A DNA stretch of 64,000 nt from positions 51,708,001 to 51,772,000 of the forward strand of contig NC_043012.1 of the NCBI RefSeq assembly GCF_006345805.1, read 5' to 3'. The DNA comes from Octopus sinensis (taxonomy: Eukaryota). The first letter of the stretch is position 1, and each line of letters starts with the position of its first letter. Shown here piece by piece: positions 40,238-54,900 of the stretch. The notes beneath the pieces are model-generated. The model had not been told where the DNA came from, did not search any database, and saw only the letters and a list, made by a program, of their open reading frames with translations. Position numbers and translations under genes: made by a program.

Positions 40238-40646
40238 TAATAATTTATATAATTCTTATTACCCTAATGTTATTTATTATGTTTAAATATTTTTTGATAA
40301 ATTTGTTCGAAATTTTACCGGCATTCCCTCAGTCACCGGATATAATCTTCATCTGCGCAGTGGTTTGAAAATTTAAGATATACATACAGCTAGTTTACAT
40401 GTGGATCTAGTCGTGTGGATATTTGCATTCTAAAGGCTTTCTACTGATGTAAACTAGCCTCAGTAAATATTTTTTTACTGGAATTAGTTAGAAACCATGG
40501 TCTAAGAACTAAATAAGATGGTAAGCGTTTTTAATTTTCATTCCTTTCGAGAATTTATCCCTAATTAGTGGTTTGAGTTTTCTACTGCTCTTTCTAACAC
40601 AAGGCTTTCCTATTTGGAAGCCTCTTGATTTGTTTTAATGTACACG

Positions 40647-40688
<42 letters not shown>

Positions 40689-40883
40689 ATACACACACAT
40701 GCACAAGTGAATGAACTATAGAAGGTAGCAGGGCAACATACTTCGAGCTTCATGTATTCACTGACACTTAAACTGCGCTTTATTTAACTTTAAAGAAGCT
40801 GCCGGCAAGTAGAACGTATTTGATGTCCAGCAACAGATACACACGCACACAACCACACACACACACTGACACACACACACACA

Positions 40884-40949
<66 letters not shown>

Positions 40950-40950
<1 letters not shown>

Positions 40951-41970
40951 CTCTACCGTTTTCAACGTGGCGGGGCCCCACCTTTCGGAGGTGTCTTCAG
41001 CTCTGGTGTTGAGTGCGTTGCTTCCTTCTTTTTTCTTCTGTTTTTTGGTTCCTTCGATGCAACTTCAACGAATGTCTGCGAGTGACTGACCAACCTGATA
41101 TACATACTTGCAAATACTCGCCGGTATGCTCCCGGCAGCCAGCACCAGCTGGAGGTGAAGGGCGCGTAGTTTTAGCACGTGCCGTCTCTAAACCTGCCTT
41201 CCAACAGTGTCGTGTTAGCTTCAGTTCCAGTAGCCAGAGCTGACCAGCTATTTGGTTGTACAAACCTTCGAACAAGGAGGAGGGGGACGCTATGAACAAG
41301 ACTGCAACCTTCGCCCACCTGTCAATCAGTTATACTGCTTAAGTGTCAACCAGCCTCACCTAGCGATGCTATTTCCCAGTCGCCTTGCTATGGCTTTCCA
41401 GCTATTTTGTATCTTCTCGCTTGAGTCATATATAGAAACTGGCTTTTCGACTGCCTCCTGTCTCCTCCTTATTACTTTTCTCAGCTCTGAGCTTGAAAAT
41501 GCAAACCTTCTTTTAAAAAACAACGTCAATTTCCTTTCAATGAAGCCTCTAGCCCCCCACTGTCAGGTGGTAATACTCGACAGTCCATTCCTGTTCTCTG
41601 CACTCTTTGATTAATTTTTCATACCTCTTCTTCCGTTGCTCTGCTTTAAGAATGTTCTCTTCCCATGGCACAGTTACTCTAGCAAAATTCCAATTCTTCG
41701 TTCTGTGTTCCATATGATCAAGTCCGGTATTTTTTGTTGTTTTTATGAGTGGAAATATTAACAGTCTTTCTAAATCAGCTCCTAGTATCCCTTCCATCTT
41801 TCGCCTGTCTCGTAATTTTTATTTGGAAGCCTGACCTTATGTCCTTTTCCCTCCTTTGGGAAGTATATTTTTCTGCGCTTTTCCACTTTTGGGTAATCTC
41901 CCCAATCATATCTCTCGATCTTCTTGAGAGCTGCGCTTATGACACCATAGTATGTGTGGCACATGTATTA
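40950..41970 (-). mobile_element. 5'-truncated RLE non-LTR retrotransposon (Hero/NeSL-like), decayed
   Basis: VTVPWEENILKAEQRKKRYEKLIKEC..W.V....VG(A)RGF endonuclease motif, long 3' UTR, 3' end abutting (GT)n. Confidence 0.65.
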
Positions 41971-42879
41971 CGTGTGTATACTACGTACATTGTATTCCAT
42001 GAATGAGAAGCCGCGCGATATTTATGTGTCTTTTGCGTGTGCATATTCTTACATATGTTTGTCACTGTATTGTCAGTTCGTATATGGTTGTGTATACATA
42101 ACTACAATAGTCGTTATATGTTAATGTCATTTTTCATGAACGCAAGAACCGTCATATCGTAAGCAATCTATAAGTTGCCTCAGAAATCTTGTTTTAATTT
42201 TGCCTTCTGGAAATTATGGATTCCTCAACACTAGGCGTCAGGAGATTATATCTTGTTTGAGATTTATAACTTGATCTTAATCTGGTATTCCATTAGTATT
42301 GTACTTTTATTAAGCATCCCCACCGCCTGATGTGTTTGTAGCTGCTCTACACGTTTGACAGGTCTTGTCTGTAAGAGTTTTCACCAGATTATATTGATTA
42401 AAAGAGCAGCAGTTGTGTGTTCCTCAAGAATTATAATAGGATATAACTATGTCTGTGTGAGTAAGTTAGTAGATTGTGAGAGTGCAAGAAAAAAGATACA
42501 TCACAGGAGAGAAAGAATGGCATTTAGAGAAAAAGGAGATAAACCTATAGTTATAAAACGTACTGCAATATGGTAACTGAAATATACAAGGGTAGAATTG
42601 GTTTCTTGAAGAGATGAAATTAGCATGTGATAAATAAAAAGTAACCGGAATCAATGAATGAAATGTATAATGAAGTAGAATATATCTACATGCATGTGTA
42701 GGCGTTTGTCTCCGTGCGTGCATGTGTGTGTCTCTATGTAGGCGTGTTTCTGAATAAATATATAAGAAGTACAGAGATAAAACTGAAAGGGAGCGAGAGA
42801 GAGAATATGATTGAGAACTTGTAAAATTGAAATTAATATTTAGTATTATATACAGAGGTGGTAAGAAATACTAAAGCGT

Positions 42880-42931
<52 letters not shown>

Positions 42932-43040
42932 TTGTGAGATATTTCCTTTAATCCATTAAAATATTTTAAAAAATATATGACAAAATGTGAACTGTGAATT
43001 TCTGGAGGCATTGTAACCTGAATGTATGTATGTATGTATG

Positions 43041-43071
<31 letters not shown>

Positions 43072-43377
43072 GTAGTATGTATGTAGTATGTATGTATGCA
43101 TGTATGCATATACGCATGTATGCATGTATGTATGCATGTACGTATGTATATGCATATAATGAATGCCAGTAAAAGCATTTGAGGAAGAAAAGTTTCCCAG
43201 CATTGAAGAACTACAGGTTACACATTTTTTCTCTTTGTTTACATTTACTGATATCACCTTACATATTTTCCGTAATTTTCATCTGCCTTGCTCAAGTATT
43301 CTTTCAGATATTTCTATACATGATACGTATATTTTGTTTTATTTGATGTGCTGACAAACCCTGCTCAACTCTTTCAC

Positions 43378-43580
43378 CGCAACTTTCTCTCACTCTTTCT
43401 TTCTGTATTTCAAAGGGCCAGCCTTGTCACAATCTGTATCACGCTGAATCTCACTGAGAATTACGTTAAGGATACATGTGCCCCTGGAGGGCTCAGCCAC
43501 TTGCACGTTAATTTCATGAGCAGGATGTTCCGCTGTTCGGATCAACTGGAACTCTCGTCGTCGCAACCAAGGTAGTGCCA
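43378..43580 (+). mobile_element. SINE 3' module, head missing
   Basis: TCACGCTGAATCTC..TACGTTAAGG..CTCAGCCACTTGCACGTTAATTTCA..GATCAACTGGAAC; homologous to about 62680-62900. Confidence 0.8.
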
Positions 43581-45379
43581 CGATGGACATATTTTATTAA
43601 AAGGAAAAATGTTATTCATTCAAAACTGGTATTAAATATAAAAGATAGTATAGATGATACCTCATTATATATTAGCTGGCGAAGAAGTCGAATCTTGACA
43701 ATTAATATTATGACAATTCTAAATATTTTGTTCAGTGATTTATTAGTTATGATTCTCGTTGAAATAGGGCATTTGTAGTCTCCTTGCTTTAAAAGTTGTG
43801 TGATTTCGAAATTTTGGTTGAAGCTCACATAATGCATTTGATGCGATTTAATCGCAGAACACTGTTTAGATTTTAAAAACATCACAAATTATAAGAAGGA
43901 GCCCTTTGGACTTCAACATGACGAGATGCTTGTCCCTAGCACAGGGATATGCACTGTTCGATAATTTCTAACGAGAAAGAGGTTTATGTAACAACTAAAC
44001 TTGAGGTGAAAAGAGGAAAAAAATTACATTTTATTATGTTTAATTATTCTATTTCAAGACATTTATTAATAAGGAATGGTTCTTGAATCTGTTGCCAGTA
44101 AATCAAAAGATTACATAATCAAATTCATAGAAAGAAAACATGTAATTTCCAGAAAATTAAATGAAATTTGTGAATTACATTATGATTAAAATTTATAAAA
44201 CATGAGAATGATTAAATATTACAAGACCACAAAATAACATGTAACGGTAAATGATTAAAAATTAGCGTAAAGCAATTTCTTGTTCTTCTGAAGGAAACAT
44301 CATGGAACCTATAAGGAGTGAAATTTCTGCTTAATCATAATACAAAGATTTATGTTATATAATTGAATTGAATTTATATATTATTAATTATTCATAATAG
44401 TTACGTAACTGTAATTTTAAAATATATCTCCTCTTACAATGAATAACATAATTTTCAAATTATATCTATAGTTTTGCAGTAATGTAAGATATGAATTATG
44501 TAGTTTATTTTTAAATACCACTTTGGAGTAATCGTTCCTTCCTTGTATGTCATTTGTTAAATATCATTTATATATCGTATTATATATATTATATATTAAG
44601 TTGGTTATAAATAATAACATTCCTTTTTATCATTAGAATGAAAATGTGATATTGAGGATATGATATAACAAATGACATCAAGTTCCTGGCGTTACAGAGA
44701 TGATAGGTAGATTTAAGTTTTGTGGAAGTTGAATCCAGAAGCGCAATATATGCAAGTTAACATATATAAATGATTTTGTCCACGATTTAGCCGATTATGT
44801 TCAACGTGTATTCCTGTATAATGGAAGTCGAGAAATATTACCTTACCGTGCACGGGGGTACGTGTGGGTATACATGCGATCACTTGTTCTAGAATAGACC
44901 TCTGCATTACATGATTATAAATGTGGATTAGGAACAGTGTCGTACTGATGATTGTAACACTATCTAACGTTTGATTCTTTAGAATTAAACTAAATTTACA
45001 CAAGCTCATAAATTATACATTATCGCTGTTGATTAGAGGACACTTTACCAAATCGTATTTACGTTGATGTAAGTGGACATAGAATTCGGTCATTCAAATC
45101 TTGGACATGGATAAAAATAAGCAATATGTATATTAATATTTTTCTCAGACATTCGTCTTATTTGTTCGGCTAATACACGGCTATGTTTCTTCACTAATGG
45201 GCAGTCATTGGTATATGAAATGTAAAGAGACAAAGACAAATAGCCAGTCCCTTTTATTCGAAAGGGTATTAATAATGAAATTTGAGCCAGAGGTCATTGA
45301 TAATTCTATACTGGTTAAAACCTAAAAATATAATATTTTGATAAGTTGCTTAATTCGAAATTCTGGAAGCTCTTCTGAT

Positions 45380-45720
45380 AAACGTTCCTGTTACGAAGAG
45401 GCAAACATTCAGTAGAAACTCTACAACACATTCTCATCCAGTCTCCTTCATCCATCTGTCTCTATCATTATTCATAGTTCCTAATGCACCAATTATTACA
45501 GGCACAATATTTACAAATTTCATACTCCAAATTCTTGCAATTTCCTATGTTAAAAATTTTCTTCTTTTGTTATAATCATGGGATCAAATGGACGTGTTGG
45601 ATCAATTATTAAGCAACTTCGCTTTTCCCTGTCTATTGTTTTTATGTTTGGTTTATTATTTTCTGGATGCTTACCCGTTTGAATGGGGAAAATCCCATTG
45701 GATTTCGCATTTCTCCGTCT
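45380..45720 (-). mobile_element. Degenerate R4-like endonuclease fragment (different subfamily)
   Basis: QWDF.IQT..NNKPNI..IDREKRSCLIIDPT.PFD..I..KE..ARIWSMK.V.IVPVIIGALG. Confidence 0.7.
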
Positions 45721-45725
45721 CAGCT

Positions 45726-46650
45726 CTTTTTCAATAACCACCATAGGACTACAGAAATACCTACTTCAGAGTCAAGGAAAACTAATAAAAAGAGCTGAAA
45801 AATACGGACAAAACAACAAAAAATGTTTTCAGTTTTTAAGGAAGGTGACAAATGCAACATAGAAGTCATAGTACCTAAGAAATATGAAGAAAAGAAGAAA
45901 CAACAAAAGCTGCAAAACAACTGAAATCCAAACTAAAAATGGAACTGCAACGGGTCATGATAAAACGATGGCAAGAAAAGCCCCTTCATTGCAAATACTG
46001 GGTAAGACTAATCAGAAAGTAAATAGACAAAACAAAGTCGCAACAATGGCTGAGAAGCTTAGGACGCAAAGCAGTGATTGAAGGAATTTTAATAGCAGCA
46101 CAAATCTCGCCACCAGAAATTACCAAAATATGTAATGGAGAGAAATACAAGTAACTGTTGAATAGGTATAGATGACAAAGAACAGGAAATCATATTGCCT
46201 TTGGCTGCCCAGTCCTGGCTAAGAAGGAATATATTCACATACAAGACAGGGCTGAGATCTATATACACTGGAAGCTATGCAAACACTCTGGAATAACAAA
46301 AAATAGATGGTATCAGTGCACGCCAGAAAAGGTAACAGAAAATGAGAAAGAAGCTACACTATGCGATATACCAATACACATAGACAGAGAAATTAAGGCC
46401 AATAGGCTGGATGTAGTTGTCAGAGATCACCAAGAAGAAAATACTTTCTAATCGGTGTATCAATACCAGCATACGATAATGTTTCTCTAAAAGAAACGGA
46501 GAAACTTTCAAAATACGAAGATCTGGAAACAGAGGTAACTCGAATGTGGAGTCTAAAACCAGAAACAGTTCCTATCATTGTAGGAGCATTAAGTATGATA
46601 AAAAAAAAACATTCAGACAAATACATAACAAAAACTCCAGGAGCACTAAT
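45726..46650 (+). mobile_element. Decayed 3' fragment of the same R4/Dong family as 7087-11622
   Basis: Colinear with about 7250-8195 (ATAACCACCATAGGACT..AAATACCTACTTCAG..GAAACAGTTCCTATCATTGTAGGAGCATTA). Confidence 0.88.
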
Positions 46651-47812
46651 TGAATATAGGATGTTTCATATTTGTTGACACCGGAATTAGAGAAAACTAT
46701 TTCAAACATACTACCTCCATAGAAAGAAATACGTTTGTGTAATGACGGTTATCTTATGGAATATCAAAATTACTGCAAATGAAGACATTCATGAAAATAT
46801 AAAATCCACCATGTTGTTCACTGTATAATATAACTTTCATTTTACAGCAATTAAGAGAAACCGCAACGATGAGTTTTGCTAATATGAAAGAGCATTTAAA
46901 ATGTATGTATCTATGCGGATAAAGATATTGCATAAAGAGAGAATCATTAAATCTGAGGTAAGCATTATACAAGATTTGAAACCTTCCTGCTTGTAAAAGA
47001 AGCTTTATTAAAATATTTATAGCATTAACTACAGCAATAAGCTCGTATGTTTATTTATTAGTTTCTATATATCTACATTTCATATTCTATTATAACATCA
47101 ACGAAGAAAATGTGTGAAGATAATACAGCAAAACTCATTATAAAGTCATCTATACGTATTAGAAATTGTAGTCAACAGACATCCACTCAACTCTACTTTG
47201 TGTGCTGTATCCTTGTGATCATAAATCATAGTCTTTAAATTGCTGGGAAATATCAAATTGCATTAGAGAAAAACTAAAACAATTTCAGTATGTCTTCAAG
47301 TAATGGTGTGAAATATGATTTTGAAAAAGCTGTGATACGTTGGCATAATATAAAACGCCCTAACACTGAATATTTGATATTTCTGTAATAAATACTAATA
47401 TAACATTGCACTAATAACACAACTGCCAACTGAATATTTCGATAACTGCAACAGACTTCATCACACTGCAGTATTTTTTTTTAAATCCCCAATGAGGCGA
47501 TAGAGAATATCTGTCTATTTTTCTATCTATCTTTCACACAGCATAGGACAATGACATATTATAGATTACTTATGTGTATACACACACACTGTGCACTTGT
47601 GTGTGTGCGTGTGTGTGTGTGTGTGAAAGGCCTAGATTGAAGCCCAAACCTCCGAGTTATTTTACAGAGCTTATAAAATCTGGAGGGTTACTTCAGTAAG
47701 TGTGGAAATCTTAGATTCGTCAACGAAAACTATAATTAAGTGATCCTCCACTGATTTCTTTCACCCGAAGCCAGCAAATTTTTCAGCACTACCTCGTATG
47801 TATCTCTCTATA

Positions 47813-47901
<89 letters not shown>

Positions 47902-47975
47902 GTATGTATGTATATGTATATATATATACATATATATATATGTATGTATGTATGTATATGTATATATATAAATAT

Positions 47976-48012
<37 letters not shown>

Positions 48013-48017
48013 TTAAA

Positions 48018-48308
48018 CAATAATTATAATGATATAGAATATGGGGATATTATGGTCTTTATAACTTAACTATATTTCCACTGCACATATCAGGGCACTT
48101 GCAGATACAACATGTCACGATTCTCGGTGCAGAGGTAACCTGGCACCAAAATTCGAGCCAGTTTGGATCTCCAATTGGCCGTAATATGTGTAGTGGAAAC
48201 ACCGGTAGGTATTAAGGACCATAATAGTATGCTGTATAAAATTGCAAGATAGAAGAAAAAATTCTTAGGATGAACAAGACACCATATTCTATATCGTTAT
48301 AATTATTG
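48018..48308. mobile_element. MITE with about 27 bp TIRs
   Basis: CAATAATTATAATGATATAGAATATGG / CCATATTCTATATCGTTATAATTATTG. Confidence 0.7.
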
Positions 48309-48533
48309 CAAATATATTCTCAAAACAATAGTACTATCCGGTGAAACAAACTCGGATTCACCCATCGGAGGAATTTACAGAGTGACTGACGACAAATCGT
48401 AGTCATAGACGCTAACACTTGATCGATATGATTAGCCGAAAGCTGGAAATTAAGTGTAAGCAACTATGGTCTCCACCCGGATAATATATCCCTCCAAACT
48501 GAAATATATATATATGTGGGGAGTGCGTGTGTG

Positions 48534-48576
<43 letters not shown>

Positions 48577-49839
48577 ATGTATATGAATTTTCCGTGTCTG
48601 TGTGCATGTATGCATGCATGGGTATATGCATAGGCATGTATGTATAATCTACGTATATATCTTTACTTTCGTGTGCTTACATCAGTGTGGAAGCATGCAT
48701 GTATGCTGATATGTATGTATATATATATGCATAAAATGCATGCATTCATACATATATACATATATACATACATGCATACATACATAAATATGTCCAAATT
48801 CTAATGTACGAATTCGTGACTTAAATTTAAATATTTAAGCAGACTGATAAATACACAAATAGATAGGCCAATAATTTTGTTTGGCATGTAATTAGCGAAA
48901 ATTTTCAACAATAAATAACAAAATATATATTTCATTTTCTCTTAGAATAATTTCATAGTAGTTGTTCTTAAACAACATTAACATTAATATCACTGTTGTC
49001 TTCTAGTGCTTACACTAATGCGGAATCGTTAAGTTGATAAAAATATAGAATTACTTTCTCTTTTAGGATTTTCGTTTATACTATAATGATGTTGGGAATT
49101 ATTCAATTTGATTGTTATTAGATACAGTACTTACTCATTTAAAACTCTCGAAAATATGTTGGCTTCTTAATAACATATATTATTAGTTCAAAAACTATGT
49201 AATTTGAAATAAATTAGTCTTGAAGATTCTATATTCATAGATCACGCCAAGCTCATACAGTTTTGTAAATATTATTTTGCCATGCAAATAGGTACTTGAA
49301 ACAGGTTAACAATAGCGGAAAGCCTTTACTCCTAAATAATTTACTTTATATGTCCCCAAAGGGGGAATGCAATTGAGGTGGAAAGAAATTAGCTTCCAAT
49401 AATTGTGTTATTATCATGATACATTTATTGACCAACGCGATCTATAATTTCTAGCAAAAAGATAAAGCAGACTTCATTAATAATATTGTAGGAATTTGTT
49501 TTGTAATGTACAATGTTTGAATATATATTTGCAAGTTACAAAACTCCTATTCCGCATGAATCACCAGCTCCTTCCCCCACCGAAAATTCTAGCACACGCG
49601 CGCGCACACGCGCATTCAGTGAACTAATGAAAAGGACAATTTAAATATTTCAAAGATATTAAAAAATATCTTCATATTGCAGTACATCATACCGATTTTC
49701 TTATTTCACCTTTACAATCATATTAGGTAGGAAAAGGACGGCGTGACGTTCATGCGTTTTCAAAGCTAGTTCATAAGTTAATAACGTGAATCGGATGTAA
49801 AAGAAAGATTGAAAGCAGATTATCGGTTACTCTCTCCAG

Positions 49840-49902
49840 GTGCTCAAAACTACATCGATTTTCTCAAGAGCGAAATAATGCATATTGATATAAATATGAA
49901 AT
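49840..49902 (+). CDS. Candidate 63-nt symmetric exon
   Basis: Acceptor tactctctccAG, donor T|GTGCGT, reads AQNYIDFLKSEIMHIDINMK. Confidence 0.25.
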
Positions 49903-50171
49903 GTGCGTGTTTTTGTATGGATGAACAATCGTATTATGTTAACATTTACAAATATCTGATAGTACACACATTATAAAATTGTATTTTATATTTTCCCTTC
50001 GGCAATTTAGGTTTTAAATACTTCAACTTCAATTCCGAAATCGTGTCTGAATGTCTGAAAGAGAGCAAACAATATTTTAAATGGATATACGAAAACTATA
50101 TTGATAAATAGATGGTTTAATCTTTATTTCAACAAAAATCAATAAGGCTTCAGAAATACTTCTTTTCTTAG

Positions 50172-50331
50172 GTTCAACGAGAACTTATTTGGCGATGTCC
50201 TGTCTATCAAAGATCACCCACTGCGCAGTCTCAAAAACAAATTACGTCAGAAGGAAGAGAAGTACATTCTAATTCGAATGCCATCACGGATAGAAACACT
50301 CGAATCTATTCATTCGGATCAGATATTTTAA
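50172..50331 (+). CDS. Candidate terminal exon
   Basis: Acceptor tacttcttttcttAG; two long open frames, one FNENLFGDVLSIKDHPLRSLKNKLRQKEEKYILIRMPSRIETLESIHSDQIF*. True frame unknown. Confidence 0.25.
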
Positions 50332-50575
50332 TATTAACTTGAATTCTCTGACCCAGAGGATATGTTTTACATTTCCCAATTAAATAGCTAAATGAATGAA
50401 TATATAAATAAGGCCTCAATTATATTTGCTTCCTTTATAACAATCATAACAAAATATATTTGTATTTCTATTTGTACAATATGATATACATTACGCATTC
50501 TTACACATCTGTCTATCGAGCAACCTATCCAACTTTCTCTTTCTCACTCAATTTCTCTCTCTCTCTCTCTCTCTC

Positions 50576-50622
<47 letters not shown>

Positions 50623-50680
50623 ATTTATGTATATATATATACAGAGAGAGAGATAGAGGGAGAGATACAAAGATAGATAA

Positions 50681-50717
<37 letters not shown>

Positions 50718-51667
50718 TATATGTATATTTATATATATATATGCATATATATACATTTGTATTTGTGTATGGATGTATATGTATGGACTCAATTCGAGTA
50801 TTTAGAATTTTGTTCAGTTAAACAATATCACTAAAAATGCATTTCAAATTGTTTCGTTGCCGGAACTATAAATTTGAACTTACATAAAGTAAAAATCGAG
50901 TACAATAAGTCTTTAAAAAATGGGTAAAAATTTATGAATATTAACTACACTTTAACTTAACTGTTAAAAAATACAATATAGTTACACCACAAGTAATACT
51001 TGCTGAGAGCACGAGAAACGAAATAGCATGCCTATAAAGATTCATGAAGCAATAACTGTTATATATAGTTATTGAAATATATGCTCAGAGTGCTCTGGGA
51101 CATATAAAATTCTCAAGTTTAAGTGCGTACCATAAGCTTTAAAAAATGTGCAAAAGTAAATGTTCTTGACCATATATGGAATAAGAATTTCATTTCAGCT
51201 AAGCGAGGCATTGTATCACGGATGTATATTTGTAGTGACTTCTTATATGCCCTAAAATCCCTTCTTAACATTGTGAGAACAGCATTTTCATTTTACTGCT
51301 GACGATGCAATATTAAAACAGGAGTAATTGAGTAAATGAGTGTTTGACCAATATGAGCATTCCCAGTTAAAATATAACGTTAAAAGAGAAATAGTTCTTT
51401 TGACCACTCGGAATATGATGATGGATTAATGCCAGAAAGCTGGGGCAAAATATGGTTTCCATTAAATATCCGAGTAAAATTCAGTTTTATTTTAATTTCG
51501 AGGCGGACAGTGAAAAGCATAACATTAATTCATATTCAAGTAAGTATAAAATTAAAAGAATAGTGATATAGGGTGGAAATATTACGCATATAAAATGCTT
51601 CAAATTGATTCCTGCGAATGAAATTTGAAGCATTTCTGGATATATGTACGTATATATGCACACAGAA

Positions 51668-51960
51668 CATGCGCGGTTTAGTGGTTAGTGGTATTCGGCT
51701 CACGATCGCGCAGTCGGGTGTTCTTTTCCTGGCGGCGTGTTTTGTCCTTGTTCAAAAACCTTATATCCCATCCCTTCACTCCACTCAGCTGGTAAAATGA
51801 ATTGTATCTGTAATTCAAATGATCAGCATTCTCACATTCTGTGTCACGCTGAATATCCATGGCAAATACGTTAAGTGTACGGGCGTCAAGGAGCAGACTG
51901 TTCTGTTGATCGGAACGAACGAAAGCTCCATCGTTGTAACCGACGTGGAGCCAGCCAAAT
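51668..51960 (+). mobile_element. Old tRNA-derived SINE with a different head but the shared 3' module
   Basis: GGTTTAGTGGTTAG.G.TATTCGGCTCACGATCG head; TGTGTCACGCTGAATATCC..TACGTTAAG..GTTGATCGGA..GTAACCGACG tail. Confidence 0.65.
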
Positions 51961-54900
51961 ATGCATAGAATATCCGCCCAAAACAGACACGCACGCACAC
52001 ACACACACACACGCACACTCACTTGTATGTACGCACTCATGCAGGCTCACATTCTCAAACATTGACAAGGGCACGGATATGCAGACAAGAGTGATGTGTG
52101 TGAGTGTGGGTTTATTTGTTGTGTCTATGACAAAGGAGAATTTTCTTATAGATGAATGCATTTGTTAGGGTACACACTGGCAAAAATCCAGAAGCATGTG
52201 CGTACACAAGCACTCATATAACCGCACATAAATGTATATACAGCTGTGTGTTCATACAATGCCGACAAACATGTATATGGGTATTACCGAGCGTATGAAT
52301 GTGTGCCTTGCCTTAGATCTTCAACATACTTACATATATACATGCAAGCATACATACATACACGTTAAATGTCTTGCAGTGATGCCTAATATATGGAAAA
52401 AATAATAATGTACTGGTATGTTGAATGACTTGTCATACGATTCCTACTATAGACTAGAAATTCAGTAAGATGTGTGTTCTGAGGAACAGATGTGTTATGA
52501 AACTGCTCGGTTTTGTGAAGAAGTGTTTGACTATATGTGTGTCTGTGTGCGTATTTTAGATTTCCATTATATGTCGTGTTGGGTAACGATGAAGCGTTGA
52601 TAGAGACGTTATAGTGCACATGAAAGCGTTTATAAGCATGGTGTCTATTAAAGAGTAAATCTGAATTATGAGTTTAATGGTTAAGATATGCGGTCATATA
52701 TCTCAGAAAGCAAGTACTTGGAAAATTGATAATGCTTCACTAACATTCGCCATGTTGTCTTCACTGTATACAATATTGCTCTCGCGTACAATTTTCCCTG
52801 CGCTGCTGACAAATTTCCATTGTCCGAAATGTGGAGCTTATCCATTATAGTATATTCATATACTATAGTTCATTTCCATTACAACGCTGACACAGACGAA
52901 TCAGTTTTCTATTGGATTAATAACCATATTTGGTCTCAACTTGAAGTAGCTTGGCCTAGTTGTTAAACTGGGGCTCACAACTGAGTTCTATCTCATAAAA
53001 GTGTAGTGGTAAATGTGTAGCAGTTAATAAAAGTTTAGCGGGCAAGGCACTTCATTTTACATTGGCTTTATTCATTAAGTAATTGATACCTAGGTGACGG
53101 CGAAAAATACTCCAATTGTTAGATATCAATATTGCGTGATAGCTATGAAACACTTCATGGTGAATTACTCTTAATATATCAAAAATTAAATAGCCTAGTC
53201 TCCTGTGGGTCTGATAAGGTACAACTTCCAAGTAATAATTGTAATATTTATGAGATCTTCGGTGATTATTAGAGCTACTCAGCTAAAAATATCATCAGAA
53301 TCTTCCGCTTTCAAATTCTACCCTAGATATATTGCGCAATGAAGCCCTTCATACGTAAAAGCAATGTAGGTTAGTCATTAAAAGTTGACTTGGAAATAAT
53401 GCACAACAATAATTTGTAGATCTCTTTCACAAATTTCCTTTAATATGGTTTGAATTTATTTAAGGATCCTCAAGTAGCAATTATTTGCTATCTACTGCTA
53501 TAAATATAACTTAGAAAATCAAGAATAAAAGTTGTTTTCGAATACATAGTGATATATTTTTTGAAATATATTGTAAAAGAGAACACCTGGTTTGTTCAAT
53601 TCTGTTTGTATCATTTCATTTGCAACAAGAAAACAAACAGAAACAAATTAAAAGTTTCTTGCGTCTCCAAAAGATGAGCATTTATAAAACTTTCAACAAT
53701 ATATATTGAAACCATTTCATTAACAACTAAATAGTTTTAAAATTTTGCTATTCTTATTTTCTCATACGATATTTCAAGAAGTAAAAGAATATTTGCTTTC
53801 TCACATCTTTTTTTACCTGTAAGTTTTATAGATAATTCACTACTGATTGGCTTAAATAATAAGTTATAAGACCATTCGAAATAATGTATAATCAAAATTG
53901 ATTTAATTCTGTTGAGATAAATTTTCACTTTATGGCAAAGTGTGCAGAGTATGAAAATCATGATGTTTGTGTGTTAAATTATGTATTGCTAATGTTTTTC
54001 TTTGTTTGAGAATTTGCCACCTCATTTACTAATGTAAACCTTCCCTTCTTTGTAAATATATTCTAGTAACAGAAGGTGCTATAATGTGGCCAGTGAATAT
54101 GTATTAAACGTTTCGCATGCATTGTAAATATGGGTTTCTGTTTGTGTGTACGCTTCTCTGTATTAGCAAACACGTAAGCACAGTTTGAATGAATAATAAA
54201 GAGGTTCTCACAAACACGTGATCACGCATTGAATCCCAATGCCTGGGCAAATGCATGGTATCTTGAAGAAATGCATTTCATCTTGGGCAAATCCGTGGCA
54301 TCTTGAACCTCAAGACCACTCATATCTTGTGAATGTCATTGAATATAAGGAAAACAGTATGGGGCTTATCAGTCGGTTTGTGCCTTTAAATTTTAAATGA
54401 TAAAACTTTGTCATTCTTGCTGTCACACGGATTCTGAAGAGATCCCTGTTAAAGGTTACATACATGTTTGGACTTCTAAGCCACTTACACGTTAATACAC
54501 AATCCGGTTATTCATTTGACTGAATCTATGAGACCCAAAGTCTAAGGTCCATCATTATTATTATTGATGTATATATAGCCTACTAAACTTACAATATAAG
54601 TGAGTAACAAAGGAATAGTAATATTTTAAGGCATTTAAAAGAGATAATGTTGCTCCTTAAACCCCACTTATATGTAGGCGATGACAATCTGTTGGGTACT
54701 TTGGGTTAACAAAACAGTAAACTGAGGGAAATTATTGTCTTTTCCGTTGTAGAGTCTTTGTCAAACTTTATTAAAACTGACTGTGGCATTCATCCAGAGG
54801 TGGATGGATTGATCAATGAAAGGTTTACATGCCACACTCATCTGTCGGTTCAAAAGAAGTCTCTTTGCCTGCAGAAATAAAATTAATATTTATCAGTATT

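Noticed and set aside
40955-41000. Hammerhead-like CTGAAGA..GAAA on the minus strand
   Set aside because: The first GAAA lies in the hairpin loop and no stem I/III pairing can be formed with the second.
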